A stretch of DNA of 47,932 nt from a virus (IMGVR_UViG_2737471844_000006), one strand, 5' to 3'; positions 29,170 to 39,832 are shown, counted from the stretch's first letter. Numbers and translations are program-made. The notes: generated from the sequence alone by a model not told the origin.

Positions 29170-30198
29170 ATGAGCGCATTTACTCCTGCGACTACTATTG
29201 TGTCGCCGTCAATGGTGCTGCCGGAAATGATCGTGCAACAGAGCATGGCTTCCGGGGCGTTTGAAGTCCTGGCTGGTGGTGCTCCAGCGGTAAAAATCAG
29301 TTCCAGTGATTTGATGGTCTATCAGAAATATCTGCGCATGACCTCGCAGGCGCAGGTCAGCCAGTCTCTGCCGGGTCAGTTACCGTCTTCCAGTATCTCT
29401 GGCGGCTATGACGGAATGATGACTTACCGAATTTCTTCCCGCTCGCAATACAGCTATCTCGATACTGATGCAGCAGATCGCTGGGGCTATTCTCTGATTG
29501 AAGGCCTGCGCCTGGCTAACCGTCAGGGACACGCTCAAATGTTGCGTAATATGCTGCTGTATGGCGTGAATGCAGCTAATAACGAGGGGATCACCAACTC
29601 CCCGAACGCAGTGACGCTGAATCTGGGCAACGACAGCAAAGGGAATGATTCATATACCACCTGGGATTCCGGTGAGATGGCTAAATTTATGCTTGGCCTG
29701 ATTGCTGACCAGAAAACCCGCATGTTGCTGCTGGGGCAGCCATTAACGACTGTTATTCTGAGCCCACAGCGATTCATGAAGGCGCTGGAGTGGACAGGAA
29801 TTGTTGAGCTGACCAGTTACCAGCGTCCTGGTGGTGGTACCGGAACGGTGGGAACGATGGTTAAAGACGTCGCCGATAAGGCGACAGGCGACGACATCAT
29901 TTTCTGCCAGGATGACACGCTGATCGGTAAAGGCGCTGGTGGTAATGACCTGATCATCGTTACGAACCCGACGATTGAGGTTCCGGAAGCGCGTCACACC
30001 ATTAACACCAATATTTTCTCCACGCTGGTACCTAACCAGCAGGCCGTCAACGTGATGTTCTGTGATATGGCAGCGCCGACGGAAATTCCGTCCCCTATGC
30101 CGGATGGCGGCCTGACCACGTTGTATACGATGCGCGCGACGCCGGGCTGGAACTTCCGCCCTGAGGGGATCACCCTGTTGTCTGCCAAATACGCATAA
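29170..30198 (+). CDS. Major capsid protein (putative)
   Basis: 342-aa ORF followed by a strong terminator; by position and size. Confidence 0.6.
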   Translation: MSAFTPATTIVSPSMVLPEMIVQQSMASGAFEVLAGGAPAVKISSSDLMVYQKYLRMTSQAQVSQSLPGQLPSSSISGGYDGMMTYRISSRSQYSYLDTDAADRWGYSLIEGLRLANRQGHAQMLRNMLLYGVNAANNEGITNSPNAVTLNLGNDSKGNDSYTTWDSGEMAKFMLGLIADQKTRMLLLGQPLTTVILSPQRFMKALEWTGIVELTSYQRPGGGTGTVGTMVKDVADKATGDDIIFCQDDTLIGKGAGGNDLIIVTNPTIEVPEARHTINTNIFSTLVPNQQAVNVMFCDMAAPTEIPSPMPDGGLTTLYTMRATPGWNFRPEGITLLSAKYA

Positions 30199-30217
30199 AC
30201 GTTCAATCTGATAATGC

Positions 30218-30242
30218 GGGGAGCTAAATGCTCCCCTTTTTT
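30218..30242 (+). terminator. Rho-independent terminator
   Basis: GGGGAGC-TAAAT-GCTCCCC hairpin followed by TTTTTT right after the capsid gene. Confidence 0.7.
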
Positions 30243-30255
30243 GTGGGAAAAATTT

Positions 30256-30726
30256 ATGAAGCTCTACATCGCTAACTGCTCACGTCAGCCGCACACGTTC
30301 AACTACAAACTCCCCGAAAAAACGCAGTCGTTCGGTGTGACAATTCCGTCCGGACGTCAGCATATGATCGAAAATCAGTCCGATATTATCGACCACATCA
30401 TCCGACAGCATGAGCCTTACGGATTCCAGCGTTGTGACAAGGTGGACAAGAATTTTTCCGGTATCTGCTATTCCATCGATAAACCTGTGAGCGTCGGTCG
30501 CATTGAGGATTGCGCGGAGCAGAAAACGGAAAATCTGGAATCCCTGTCAGAAGAAATTCTCGCAGCCAGCGCCGTATCGCTGAATAACGCAGTGGATCAG
30601 GCAGTGATTCAGAGTGGCGAAAAACCTCAACCGGGTGGTATTGAAATGGAAATCACCGGGGAAGCGATTAACACTGAACAGGAAAATCCGCCCAGCACAA
30701 AGCGAAATATTAAGGTTAAAAAATAA
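30256..30726 (+). CDS. Hypothetical head-tail joining protein
   Basis: 156 aa from ATG 30256 downstream of terminator. Confidence 0.5.
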   Translation: MKLYIANCSRQPHTFNYKLPEKTQSFGVTIPSGRQHMIENQSDIIDHIIRQHEPYGFQRCDKVDKNFSGICYSIDKPVSVGRIEDCAEQKTENLESLSEEILAASAVSLNNAVDQAVIQSGEKPQPGGIEMEITGEAINTEQENPPSTKRNIKVKK

Positions 30727-31166
30727 TGACCTTGCGTCCGTCACTGGAGGGATTTATTCGCTTTGTTCGTGACGACATGAAAGTACCGGTTCATGCTATT
30801 GCTGACGATGATCCGACGCTGGAATGTTGCTTTCAGTCTGCGATGGAGCTAATCCCTCATGATCAGGGGCTGGAGCGTTTACCCATCATCTATGTGCGAA
30901 CGGTTTATAACGCTGCCGCCTCATTTCTCCTGAATTTCGCTCCCGGCTCGTGGTTTGCCGACCTGAGAAAAAAACTCAACCTTGGGAAACTGGCTACCGG
31001 GCTTGTCAGCGCGGCAGCAGACCAGGGGACATCTGGTTCGATCACCATCAGCGACGCGCTGAGTAATCTGTCTTTGCTGGATTTGCAGATGTTACAGGAT
31101 CCGTATGGACGACAGGTTGTTGCGGTGCTGATGCAGATGGGCACGGTATGGGGTTACACGCCATGA
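30726..31166 (+). CDS. Hypothetical structural protein
   Basis: 146-aa ORF, stop/start overlap with upstream gene. Confidence 0.5.
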   Translation: MTLRPSLEGFIRFVRDDMKVPVHAIADDDPTLECCFQSAMELIPHDQGLERLPIIYVRTVYNAAASFLLNFAPGSWFADLRKKLNLGKLATGLVSAAADQGTSGSITISDALSNLSLLDLQMLQDPYGRQVVAVLMQMGTVWGYTP

Positions 31167-31603
31167 AACTTTGTTTTGGGGTTATCGACCAGCCGTATGA
31201 CTACGGCGACGAACTGGGAAAAACCACGTTTGACGTGGCCTGTGACCTCGAGGAGCGATACGAAATTTTTACGCACTTCTGGGAATTGCATAAGGACGAG
31301 ATTATCCAGGAGGCAGGTACTGAACTGGCGTACCAGTTGGTCAATCACTTCAAGTATAAGGCTCCGCTACTTGGCGAGCATTTTCTGGAAGGGACCGGGA
31401 AGATTTTCCATATATTTCTTGAAACCGAAGAAATGGCCGGAATGACGATCAACGGAAATCAGGTCCCAACCCAGGCTGCGTTACAGGGTGTTAACTCAAG
31501 GCTTAAGGACAAATATACCGGGGAGCGGCGCCCGTCATTCATAGATGGCGGCCTGTTTAAGGGCAGCTTTATAGCGTGGATAGATAACAATGCCGAGTCT
31601 TGA
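31163..31603 (+). CDS. Hypothetical structural protein
   Basis: About 146 aa from ATG 31163 (ATGA overlap). Confidence 0.5.
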   Translation: MKLCFGVIDQPYDYGDELGKTTFDVACDLEERYEIFTHFWELHKDEIIQEAGTELAYQLVNHFKYKAPLLGEHFLEGTGKIFHIFLETEEMAGMTINGNQVPTQAALQGVNSRLKDKYTGERRPSFIDGGLFKGSFIAWIDNNAES

Positions 31604-32534
31604 AGAATTAGCCGAACAGCACAGTTCGCAGCTCTCGTCCGTTCTTAAATCAGCAGTTGAAACCATCTCGTCAGACCAGGAAATCACGTTCAGGCTCTAT
31701 GTCCGGCAGGTTCTGCCGCTGGATGGCTTTGTCTATTGGGTTAATGCGGAAATCATCAGTTGCGATGAACTGTGTCGTCTGAATATTGAGTCACCAACTC
31801 GTCTGAAAATCAAAGGCAGCCTGCATCGTCAGGTTATTGCGATTCAGGACGAGTCTGTCTCGAAGGATGTGAACAACATTATTTTCACGCCTGTTCAGCA
31901 GGTTGATGATTTTAATGTGGAAAATCCCGATGCGATCTATCTCGGTGAGTACGGCGGCGTCCAGTTCGCTTTTTCTCGAATGGAGAGCCGCTATCAGCAG
32001 TCGGGTATTTTTCATTATCGCGGCATGGCGATTTTGCCAACCATGCGTTCCCAGATTATCGACTGCGAGGAGGATATCAGCGACGAGCAGATCATATCCA
32101 ACAGCATCCCGATCTGGCTGCAAATGAAAGATGCCGCGACCGTGTATCCGTCTTACTTGGTACCGCAGAACCTTCGCCCTCCGTATATCGCGGTGGATGT
32201 TCGCAACAGTATTCCGTTGCAGGTGGCTCCCGTTGTTTTCGGTGGTGAGCGATTCCAGCTCGTCCAGGATTCGGTTCGCCTGACGCTTTACGGATTCAGC
32301 AATAAAATGGCGCTGGATCTTGTCGACTCGGTGGTGAACAGGGCGCTGGAGGAGGAAAAGTTTGGTGTAACCAATATTCCGGTGGTTCAGGACGCAAAGT
32401 CGGGACAGGTTGAAATCAACGCTCTGGCGAAGAAAAAGATTGTCGATTTTGACGTGAATTACTACCAGAGCACCGCCCGGGAAATATCCCGGCAGTTGAT
32501 TGAAAAAGTCATTTGTAAATATGAGGTTAAATAA
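31590..32534 (+). CDS. Hypothetical structural protein
   Basis: 314-aa ORF in the structural operon. Confidence 0.5.
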   Translation: MPSLEELAEQHSSQLSSVLKSAVETISSDQEITFRLYVRQVLPLDGFVYWVNAEIISCDELCRLNIESPTRLKIKGSLHRQVIAIQDESVSKDVNNIIFTPVQQVDDFNVENPDAIYLGEYGGVQFAFSRMESRYQQSGIFHYRGMAILPTMRSQIIDCEEDISDEQIISNSIPIWLQMKDAATVYPSYLVPQNLRPPYIAVDVRNSIPLQVAPVVFGGERFQLVQDSVRLTLYGFSNKMALDLVDSVVNRALEEEKFGVTNIPVVQDAKSGQVEINALAKKKIVDFDVNYYQSTAREISRQLIEKVICKYEVK

Positions 32535-33871
32535 TGGGGTTTAATATCGTCACGGTGAATGTGTCCCAGACCATCGGGGCCATTCCCTCGAATTCGCAGC
32601 AGATGTCCGCTGTTCTCTCGTTTGGCTCCACGACTCATGAGCCGGGAAAGCCTGTATTACTCACCCGTAATCAGGATATTAACGATCTGGTAAGAAATCC
32701 GATTGCTGCGTTGTCGGCGGCTGCTGCAGGAAAATCTGCGGCAAACGTCACCGTTACGATGACGCTTCCGGAAGGGAGCAACATCCGACGCGAAAACAGT
32801 TCTGAGGTGAAAATTGTTGTTTCCGGGTGTTCGCCCGACGCGTGGAATGGCGAATATACTGCTACCGTCACGGATGAAAAAACACTGACTTGGACGATTG
32901 CTGATTCTCAGCTTTCCGGTTCGCCAGTGACACTGGGGCAGTTTTCCATTGTTGGCAGTGAAAATCTGGTGACGGCAGTAAACACGTTTTTTGCCCAGGG
33001 AAATTCAGTTGGGATTTACCTGCTGGAGCTGGGAGTACAGAAAGGTGGAGTCAGTAAGGAAATCGCTGCACTGAAAGCTTATATGGAAGATCCGCTCCTG
33101 CGTTTTTATGCGTATCTGGTGCCGCAGCCGTGGGATGGTGACGCAGAGTTTATCAGTCTGGCAAAACTCCACACCGCCAACGAAGCGATGCAGTATTTCT
33201 TCGTGCTGACGAAAACGCCGGACGACACGAATTACGTTTCGCCTTATGCCGGTATTAAGTCGGTTATTGCAACGGCGGATGATACGTACCCGGCGACAAA
33301 CGCGGCAGCAGCCGTAATGTGGAACTATGTTTCCGCATCACCTTCAGAAATCAACAAGGTGCCGCCGATGGCATTTCGCTATCTACAGGCGGTAAACGCC
33401 CACACGGGCAAAAATTCAATTCTGGTCACGATGACGAAGCAGAATATTAACTACGTCGACACGGGGGCTGAGGGGGGAATTTCCAACACGATTCTGGTGA
33501 AAGGCGTTACCAGTGACGGTAACGATATGACGTACTGGTATTCCGTGGACTGGGTGCAGATTAATGTCGATATGCAGCTCGCCAACACGGTGATCAACGG
33601 CAGCAATAACTCAATTAACCCGCTTTACTACAACCAGGACGGGATCGACCGTCTACAGCAGGTCGCACAGGCGGTGTTCAATACGGGCGTATCTTACGGC
33701 CTGGTCAACGGTCAGCCTGTCGTCGATGCAGTGCCTTTCCGCCAGTATATCAACACTAATCCCAATGATTACGGTATCGGGCGTTATGCAGGCCTTTCGG
33801 CCTCCTATACGCCGATGCGCGGATTTGTCGAAATCATTTTTAACATCAATGTGACAATGCAGCTTTCGTGA
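32534..33871 (+). CDS. Tail sheath protein (putative)
   Basis: 445-aa ORF preceding a tube-sized gene and chaperone pair; by position. Confidence 0.55.
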   Translation: MGFNIVTVNVSQTIGAIPSNSQQMSAVLSFGSTTHEPGKPVLLTRNQDINDLVRNPIAALSAAAAGKSAANVTVTMTLPEGSNIRRENSSEVKIVVSGCSPDAWNGEYTATVTDEKTLTWTIADSQLSGSPVTLGQFSIVGSENLVTAVNTFFAQGNSVGIYLLELGVQKGGVSKEIAALKAYMEDPLLRFYAYLVPQPWDGDAEFISLAKLHTANEAMQYFFVLTKTPDDTNYVSPYAGIKSVIATADDTYPATNAAAAVMWNYVSASPSEINKVPPMAFRYLQAVNAHTGKNSILVTMTKQNINYVDTGAEGGISNTILVKGVTSDGNDMTYWYSVDWVQINVDMQLANTVINGSNNSINPLYYNQDGIDRLQQVAQAVFNTGVSYGLVNGQPVVDAVPFRQYINTNPNDYGIGRYAGLSASYTPMRGFVEIIFNINVTMQLS

Positions 33872-33882
33872 GGGACTGAACC

Positions 33883-34326
33883 GTGCCTAATCCAATGATC
33901 CCCGTTGGCACCCTTAACCGGGTTCGCGCCAGCGTTAAATTCACCTCCCATTCTGAACTGAATGTGTCCGCCTCATTTCTGGCAAAAGAAGGCGTCGAAT
34001 TGTCCTTTCAGGGCAATATCACGGAGTTTTTACCCGCTATGACGGGAGCCGTGCAGTCGCCGCAGCCATACATGATTTTACAGGCGCGTGTTCATCTGCT
34101 GCGTAGCCAGGCGCTGGGAAAACAATTCAAGGCGCAATGGGAAAAGAATGCCACGATCGGCGACGCAAAAGTGTATAGCGACAGCACGGTGTTCGGTGAC
34201 TTCGATATCTATAACACGGCGATCACCAACGTGCAGGATATGACCTTCGCCGGGGGCGAGCCGGGTGTGGCCATCACCATTACTGGTACGTATTACATCA
34301 ACTCTGAAATGTGGGATCTGGTATGA
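33883..34326 (+). CDS. Tail tube protein (putative)
   Basis: 147-aa ORF between sheath-sized gene and frameshifted chaperones. Confidence 0.55.
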   Translation: MPNPMIPVGTLNRVRASVKFTSHSELNVSASFLAKEGVELSFQGNITEFLPAMTGAVQSPQPYMILQARVHLLRSQALGKQFKAQWEKNATIGDAKVYSDSTVFGDFDIYNTAITNVQDMTFAGGEPGVAITITGTYYINSEMWDLV

Positions 34327-34940
34327 AAATCGCGCGAAATTTAAACCTGATTATTCCTGTCCGGACAGAAAAGGGTAATGGCTGGATCCATGCCACGCCG
34401 ATCAGCAAAGAGGTGTTTAAAGAGCATTTCTTCATTCTGAGTAAAACTTTTTCTGCCATTTTTTCAGAAGGTCTTGGCGTCGTTGCGGGTCCGCGTATCG
34501 CTTTTTTGATGCTGGAGCGGATCTCGCGTGATTCTAATATCTGGGAAGGTGATAAAGGGGTCCGTAATACACTTGTTAATGAGGTCATTCGCCTGGCAAA
34601 CCTTGTTTACTCAGTGGAGGGTAAAGGCTACGACACAATCCCTCTCGATATGGCGCTGGAGCGTGAAATCATTGATTTGGATGAAGTGGCGGGTGAGCTC
34701 ATTTTTTTTACATGCGTCTCGTCGATAAATTCACCGGAGCAGGCGAAGGGGACTATGGATGTGGTCAATGGAGTATGGAGCACTCAATGCTCGTTATTGA
34801 ATCTTACGGAATGGATCGCTTCATTGCCGACATTGAAATCAGCCGCCAGTTCTGGCGCGACGGCGAACACGTCATCAGCGACATCCTCGACTACTCAGCC
34901 GGAGCCGGATTCAGAGACATCTGTGCAGATTCCGGCCTAA
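34323..34940 (+). CDS. Tail assembly chaperone (short product)
   Basis: ORF upstream of tape measure gene containing slippery T-run; ATG overlaps tube stop. Confidence 0.6.
   Translation: MKIARNLNLIIPVRTEKGNGWIHATPISKEVFKEHFFILSKTFSAIFSEGLGVVAGPRIAFLMLERISRDSNIWEGDKGVRNTLVNEVIRLANLVYSVEGKGYDTIPLDMALEREIIDLDEVAGELIFFTCVSSINSPEQAKGTMDVVNGVWSTQCSLLNLTEWIASLPTLKSAASSGATANTSSATSSTTQPEPDSETSVQIPA
34703..34709 (+). other. Putative -1 programmed ribosomal frameshift site (TTTTTTT)
   Basis: Slippery heptamer in the zero frame (ATT TTT TTT ACA); the -1 frame stays open to 35005. Confidence 0.5.
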
Positions 34941-35005
34941 ATGTAAAAACAGCAGCTCAGTTTCGTGAGCTGCTCAAATTCAAAAATCCCGCAGGAGTAT
35001 TGTGA
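34712..35005 (+). CDS. Frameshift extension of tail assembly chaperone (-1 frame)
   Basis: ORF in -1 frame overlapping chaperone 3' part and ending at the tape measure start. Confidence 0.5.
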   Translation: MRLVDKFTGAGEGDYGCGQWSMEHSMLVIESYGMDRFIADIEISRQFWRDGEHVISDILDYSAGAGFRDICADSGLNVKTAAQFRELLKFKNPAGVL

Positions 35006-37080
35006 TGGCTGGTAACCAGATGCCAGTTCTGACGCTGGATGTTAATGAAGAACACCTCAGGCGGCTTGAGGCGATATTTGAAAAGTATCGCAACGGACTG
35101 ATGATTGGCCCTGCCGGTACGCCGCTTAAAATACCTTCAAATACCGGTCCGGGAGGTGGCTCTTGGCAGACAACCACAGGCGGAGAAGCCAATCAGGCTC
35201 CCAGGAAACCATCTTCACCCGCGCCAGTTCTGGCTGCTTCCACTGATGGACGTTTAAGGGATGAAAAATGGCGCTTTGTTGGCAGCGGGAAAACACCTGA
35301 TTCGCTGGTGAGCAACTATAAAGGTCGCGGCGAAACGATGTTTGATAAGTACCTCAGCGGGCTGGGGAAAAACGCCAAACAGACGCTGAAAACTTACAAG
35401 CAGATCAATTCTACGCTACGGACGACCACTTCGAGATTAAACAACCTGTTTAAAACCACCGTATCGTGGGGGACAAAACTTGCGGTTATGGGCGTTACCG
35501 GGCCGTTTGGCTTTGGCATGATGGCTCGTAATGTTGTAGAGAAACAGAAAAATGCTGATGAATTGCAGGCAACGCCAGGAGAGTTAAAGGCGGCAGAAAG
35601 CACTTATTCGCCTTATTTTTCCGGTGTTGGTAATTTGCTCAATACACTGGCAGCCGCGCAAAATGACACTCAGCATCCTGCTTACAACGGGCTAATTGGA
35701 TTAGGGATAAATCCTAAAAAAGGGGCAGCAGAAAATCTTCCTGTATTGTTAGAAAGAGTTGCTGCTCTTGCAAAGGAGTATGAGGGAACCGGACTTACTC
35801 AGAGCATGCTCAGAGGTCGTGGCCTTGGATGGGTAAATTTTGGTATTGCTAACCAGTTAGTCAAATATCAGGACAAAATACCTGAACTCAACAAAGAGTT
35901 TTTATCGCGAGCTTCTCAGAATGACTCGTTGCTCACCTCTGGACATACAAGCCAGTATCAGAATCTTACCAGTAACTTAGAAAATAACTGGGATCAACTT
36001 ACCAGCGGATTTCAGGGGGCAATGTCGGGTAACTCTGTACAGCTAATTAGAATATCTAATGGTGTAAAGAATGCTGGTCTAAATTTCCTTAACGGTGAGA
36101 ACTTTAAAAGAATTTTGACTGATGTTGAAACAGGTCTGGATAAACTTGGTAAGTATGTAAATGGCCCGGATTTTAATAACGACCTGAATAATTTTGCCGA
36201 AAATGTTGCAAAGGTTGTTAAGGCACTTAGCGGGTTTGTTGGTTTTGCGGTTGAACATCCCTGGCTTTTTGGGGCCGCAGTACTTGCTGGACCATCGAGA
36301 GTTGGTGCTGTGGCAGCCACAACGACCGGAGTTGCCGCCCGTGTTGTTGGTGGAAGTCTTCTTGGGGCTACAGCCGGAACAGTAGCTGGATTGGCTATTC
36401 CTACAAATGACACACCAACCACCAGTGAGGAAATGAAAGGGCTGGAGGGGCGTTTCAACTTTGATTATTTTAACGAAGTGCAGGAGTGGCAAAAAAACAA
36501 TCCGGGTAAGGTCTGGCCTGGAGGATTGCAGGGATTTTCAAATCAAGTAAACAGATCTGCATATTTATCCAGAGGGATCAGGAATAACAATCCCGGAAAT
36601 CTTAATTTCGCAGGACAAAAAGGGGCTACCTTGGAATCGGGGCCAAATGCCCGTTTTGCCAGCTTCCCGACGATGCTGGAAGGCATTGCTGCCTTAGATC
36701 GGCAGGTAATGCTATACCTGAAACGCGGCAAAAATACGATTGATCAGATTATTGATATTTATGCCCCTTCATCTGATGGAAATAACACATCGTCCTATAA
36801 AAGCTATCTCTCTCAGTACACCGGATTAGGTGTTAAGGAGAAAATCGATGGTTCTAATTTTGAGATAATGAGAAAGCTAATTCAGGGCATTATTAACCAT
36901 GAAAATGGGGACGCCGCTCGTGCAGTAAGTGGCGATGATGTGATGCGGGCGCTGGCAATGAACCGGGGAAACGTATATTCACCAAATAATACTTCTCAGG
37001 TAATCAGGCTCGACGTTCAACAAAAACCAGGTTCCGACATACTGGCACAACTCGCCGGAATGCAACAAATACCGGGGTAA
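35005..37080 (+). CDS. Tail tape measure protein
   Basis: About 691 aa, alpha-helical/Gly-rich with hydrophobic central segment (LFGAAVLAGPSRVGAVAATT); follows chaperone pair. Confidence 0.7.
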   Translation: MAGNQMPVLTLDVNEEHLRRLEAIFEKYRNGLMIGPAGTPLKIPSNTGPGGGSWQTTTGGEANQAPRKPSSPAPVLAASTDGRLRDEKWRFVGSGKTPDSLVSNYKGRGETMFDKYLSGLGKNAKQTLKTYKQINSTLRTTTSRLNNLFKTTVSWGTKLAVMGVTGPFGFGMMARNVVEKQKNADELQATPGELKAAESTYSPYFSGVGNLLNTLAAAQNDTQHPAYNGLIGLGINPKKGAAENLPVLLERVAALAKEYEGTGLTQSMLRGRGLGWVNFGIANQLVKYQDKIPELNKEFLSRASQNDSLLTSGHTSQYQNLTSNLENNWDQLTSGFQGAMSGNSVQLIRISNGVKNAGLNFLNGENFKRILTDVETGLDKLGKYVNGPDFNNDLNNFAENVAKVVKALSGFVGFAVEHPWLFGAAVLAGPSRVGAVAATTTGVAARVVGGSLLGATAGTVAGLAIPTNDTPTTSEEMKGLEGRFNFDYFNEVQEWQKNNPGKVWPGGLQGFSNQVNRSAYLSRGIRNNNPGNLNFAGQKGATLESGPNARFASFPTMLEGIAALDRQVMLYLKRGKNTIDQIIDIYAPSSDGNNTSSYKSYLSQYTGLGVKEKIDGSNFEIMRKLIQGIINHENGDAARAVSGDDVMRALAMNRGNVYSPNNTSQVIRLDVQQKPGSDILAQLAGMQQIPG

Positions 37081-37083
37081 ACC

Positions 37084-37752
37084 ATGTCACTTAATTACTT
37101 TGGACAAGCTTTCAAACTGGCGTTTGAAGTATCGCCCATTCTTTTAGTTGATGGCATAGCGTCGAAAATTCCCGGCGGGGTGATGCCGATTGCTGTTTTG
37201 ACCGAAGGCCTAAGCATTGTGAACGGTCTGCTGCATGGCGAGATTCGTACACGCTCGATGGCGGCATTTACCCCGATGGCGGGGACAACGTTGGTTCAGC
37301 AGGATATTTGCAACCTGAATTTCTATAACCAGGTAACGGCAGCGAATGCGACCGTCAAGAAGCCTAACCGGGTAGTCATGCAGATGATCCGTCCGGCATC
37401 AACGGAGGACGGTGGCTACATCACTAAGGGGATGACATTCACGGCGCTGAAAATGGCGCTCGATATGCATAACCAGTATGGCGGTTGTTACACCGTAATG
37501 ACGCCATCTTTCATCTACACGCGCTGTCTGATGCGGTCGTTTATCGATACATCCGGTTTCTCTGAGCAGAACAAGCAGGTTCAGCACACCTGGCAGATTG
37601 AGTTTGAGCAACCATTGTCGTCTGTCGAACAAACGGTAAAAACGCTGGCGAGCGTTCTGGATAAATTTGATAAAGGGATGCCGTCAGACGGGGCGCTATC
37701 GTGGTCAGGTATTAAGAACCAGGTCGTGCAGGAGTTTGGTTTTGGCTTATGA
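37084..37752 (+). CDS. Hypothetical tail protein
   Basis: 222-aa ORF after tape measure. Confidence 0.5.
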   Translation: MSLNYFGQAFKLAFEVSPILLVDGIASKIPGGVMPIAVLTEGLSIVNGLLHGEIRTRSMAAFTPMAGTTLVQQDICNLNFYNQVTAANATVKKPNRVVMQMIRPASTEDGGYITKGMTFTALKMALDMHNQYGGCYTVMTPSFIYTRCLMRSFIDTSGFSEQNKQVQHTWQIEFEQPLSSVEQTVKTLASVLDKFDKGMPSDGALSWSGIKNQVVQEFGFGL

Positions 37753-38015
37753 CAACGTTAATTCCTTTCAAACCTGACGGGCGAGGACCATTTCAGTTCA
37801 CTGCCAGAATCGGAGAATATGAAACATTCGCCCGCGTTCCGTTTAATCTGTATGCAAATCGTTACTACCTGGAACTGAAAGACAGTTCAGGCGACGTGAT
37901 TGTATACATGCCTTTGATCGCGTCACCTGACAGTTACGACATCAATCTGGCGCTGCCTTGCTCTCCGGGGAAACTTGTTTTTCGCGAAAGTACGAATCAG
38001 TTTGAGGTTTCGTAA
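37749..38015 (+). CDS. Hypothetical tail protein
   Basis: 88-aa ORF, coupled to flanking genes. Confidence 0.5.
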   Translation: MTTLIPFKPDGRGPFQFTARIGEYETFARVPFNLYANRYYLELKDSSGDVIVYMPLIASPDSYDINLALPCSPGKLVFRESTNQFEVS

Positions 38016-39022
38016 TGCGTTATTACCGACTGGAAATTATTAATCCTAAAACAGGCAAGCCGCCAGTGGATAGCAATGGAAAACCCATTGGACCTTTTGA
38101 TACCAATGAAACACCAGGATGTGGGTTGCATGTTGAATTTGACTTTGAAGTAACCGGCCTGGATGTAGTCTGTTCGGGTACGATGCTGACGATCTATGGA
38201 TTACCAATTGACATGCTGAAGCAAAGCGTAAGTTTGCAGGGTTGTCTGGTACGTATGAAAGCAGGCTTTGTTCAGGGGTTACCACTGGCAAATAAGGATC
38301 AACAGGGGGAGGTAATCTATGGTGAAATTTATCTGGCCTATGCCAACTGGATCGGCACGAACCAGACTTTAAACCTGGTAATAAATCCAAGCATACGCAA
38401 AACCGATGACGGTAAACCTTTTTCAATTGAGGGGCAGGGGGAAGCAGGGGAAAGGGTGGGCGATGTTTTAGTCCGCGCTTTGCAAAAAGCATATCCCAAT
38501 AAACTTATTGATTGCACAGTCAGCGACAACCTGGTTTTGCCAGAGCCGTGGACGGGCAAATATACGGAGATTGGTTCGCTGGCTATGGTCGTAAAAAACG
38601 CCTCTATTGCGATGATGCGTAATGAAAGGTATAGCGGAATCGCCATCAGTATTCTTTCCGACAGAATACGAATCTACGATAACGCATCGGCAAAGTGGGG
38701 TGAGCCAAAAACAATTCATGCCCATGAACTGGTCGGGCAGCCGACATGGATAGCGCCGTTTACCGTCAGTTTCAAATGCCCTATGAGAGGCGATATCAGA
38801 TGTGGTGATGTGGTTAAACTGCCGGAGGGGCTATATTCTGGCGCTGCGTCGATTGTGATGGCTAATACAACGGTACCCAGCGTTATCGCAAAAAATTCGA
38901 CCACGTTCACCGGGAAATTTCTTGTGAAATCAGTCAGACACATTGGTTCGTATCTGACAGCCGATGGCGATGCCTGGGTGACGGTATTTGAGGCATATGC
39001 TGAGAACTGGGCGAGGGTGTAA
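38015..39022 (+). CDS. Baseplate hub protein (putative)
   Basis: 335-aa ORF in baseplate cluster; by position. Confidence 0.5.
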   Translation: MRYYRLEIINPKTGKPPVDSNGKPIGPFDTNETPGCGLHVEFDFEVTGLDVVCSGTMLTIYGLPIDMLKQSVSLQGCLVRMKAGFVQGLPLANKDQQGEVIYGEIYLAYANWIGTNQTLNLVINPSIRKTDDGKPFSIEGQGEAGERVGDVLVRALQKAYPNKLIDCTVSDNLVLPEPWTGKYTEIGSLAMVVKNASIAMMRNERYSGIAISILSDRIRIYDNASAKWGEPKTIHAHELVGQPTWIAPFTVSFKCPMRGDIRCGDVVKLPEGLYSGAASIVMANTTVPSVIAKNSTTFTGKFLVKSVRHIGSYLTADGDAWVTVFEAYAENWARV

Positions 39023-39735
39023 TGTCAAACGCTCAAAAATTACCGTTTCTCCGAACACTGTCGGAGATGATGACCAGTTCTGGTAACCAGCAAGCCGAGC
39101 TTAAAGGCCGCGAATTGCCCTGCCATGTTGTCGATATCTGCGGGCAAATAGTGACAGTTCAGTTTGATATGCTGCCGGAGGGGATCAACTTCCCGCAGAT
39201 AACAATCCCTGTCGCCACATTCCCGTATATCCGTTACCCGATACAGCCGGGCGATCGAGGAGTAACAATTGCCGCTGATGTATCACTGCGCGGTGTGTCC
39301 GGATTGGGAACCGGTATGGCAACGCTTTCTTACTCGATGTCGCTCACTCCCCTGTTTTTCGTGCCATTGGCAAACAAGGAGTGGTCCGACGAAGATCCGC
39401 AAAAAATCGTTTTGTACGGTCCGGATGGCGCGATCCTCAAAACAGAGGACGGCAGTAGCTCGGTAATGGTGGCTCTGGAAGAAATCAGGCAAAAGTCGAA
39501 AGCTGTTTACCTCGAGGCCGAAGATATTTTCCTGAACGGGAAAATTCACCTCAATGGACCGATCGTCCAGGACAAAGCCCAGATGAAGGATACAACCGCT
39601 TCGCTGATTGGTCCTCTTAATGTCGAGATGGATGCAGTTATCAACGGCGTGAGCGTCAGCGGCCACAGCCACGATGTGACTGGTGTTCAAAGCGGCAGCA
39701 GCACGATTACGTCGAAGAAACCAAATCCTGGTTAA
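39022..39735 (+). CDS. Baseplate spike / assembly protein (putative)
   Basis: 237-aa ORF followed by terminator; by position. Confidence 0.5.
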   Translation: MSNAQKLPFLRTLSEMMTSSGNQQAELKGRELPCHVVDICGQIVTVQFDMLPEGINFPQITIPVATFPYIRYPIQPGDRGVTIAADVSLRGVSGLGTGMATLSYSMSLTPLFFVPLANKEWSDEDPQKIVLYGPDGAILKTEDGSSSVMVALEEIRQKSKAVYLEAEDIFLNGKIHLNGPIVQDKAQMKDTTASLIGPLNVEMDAVINGVSVSGHSHDVTGVQSGSSTITSKKPNPG

Positions 39736-39774
39736 TACCGGTTCATTTCACTTTAAATTCTGACCATAAAACGA

Positions 39775-39810
39775 AAACCCCGACTGTTGGCCCAGTCGGG
39801 GTTTTCTGTT
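39775..39810 (+). terminator. Rho-independent terminator
   Basis: CCCCGACTG-TTGGCC-CAGTCGGGG hairpin followed by TTTTCTGTTT. Confidence 0.7.
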
Positions 39811-39832
39811 TCTCACCTTGAATACGCAAGGG

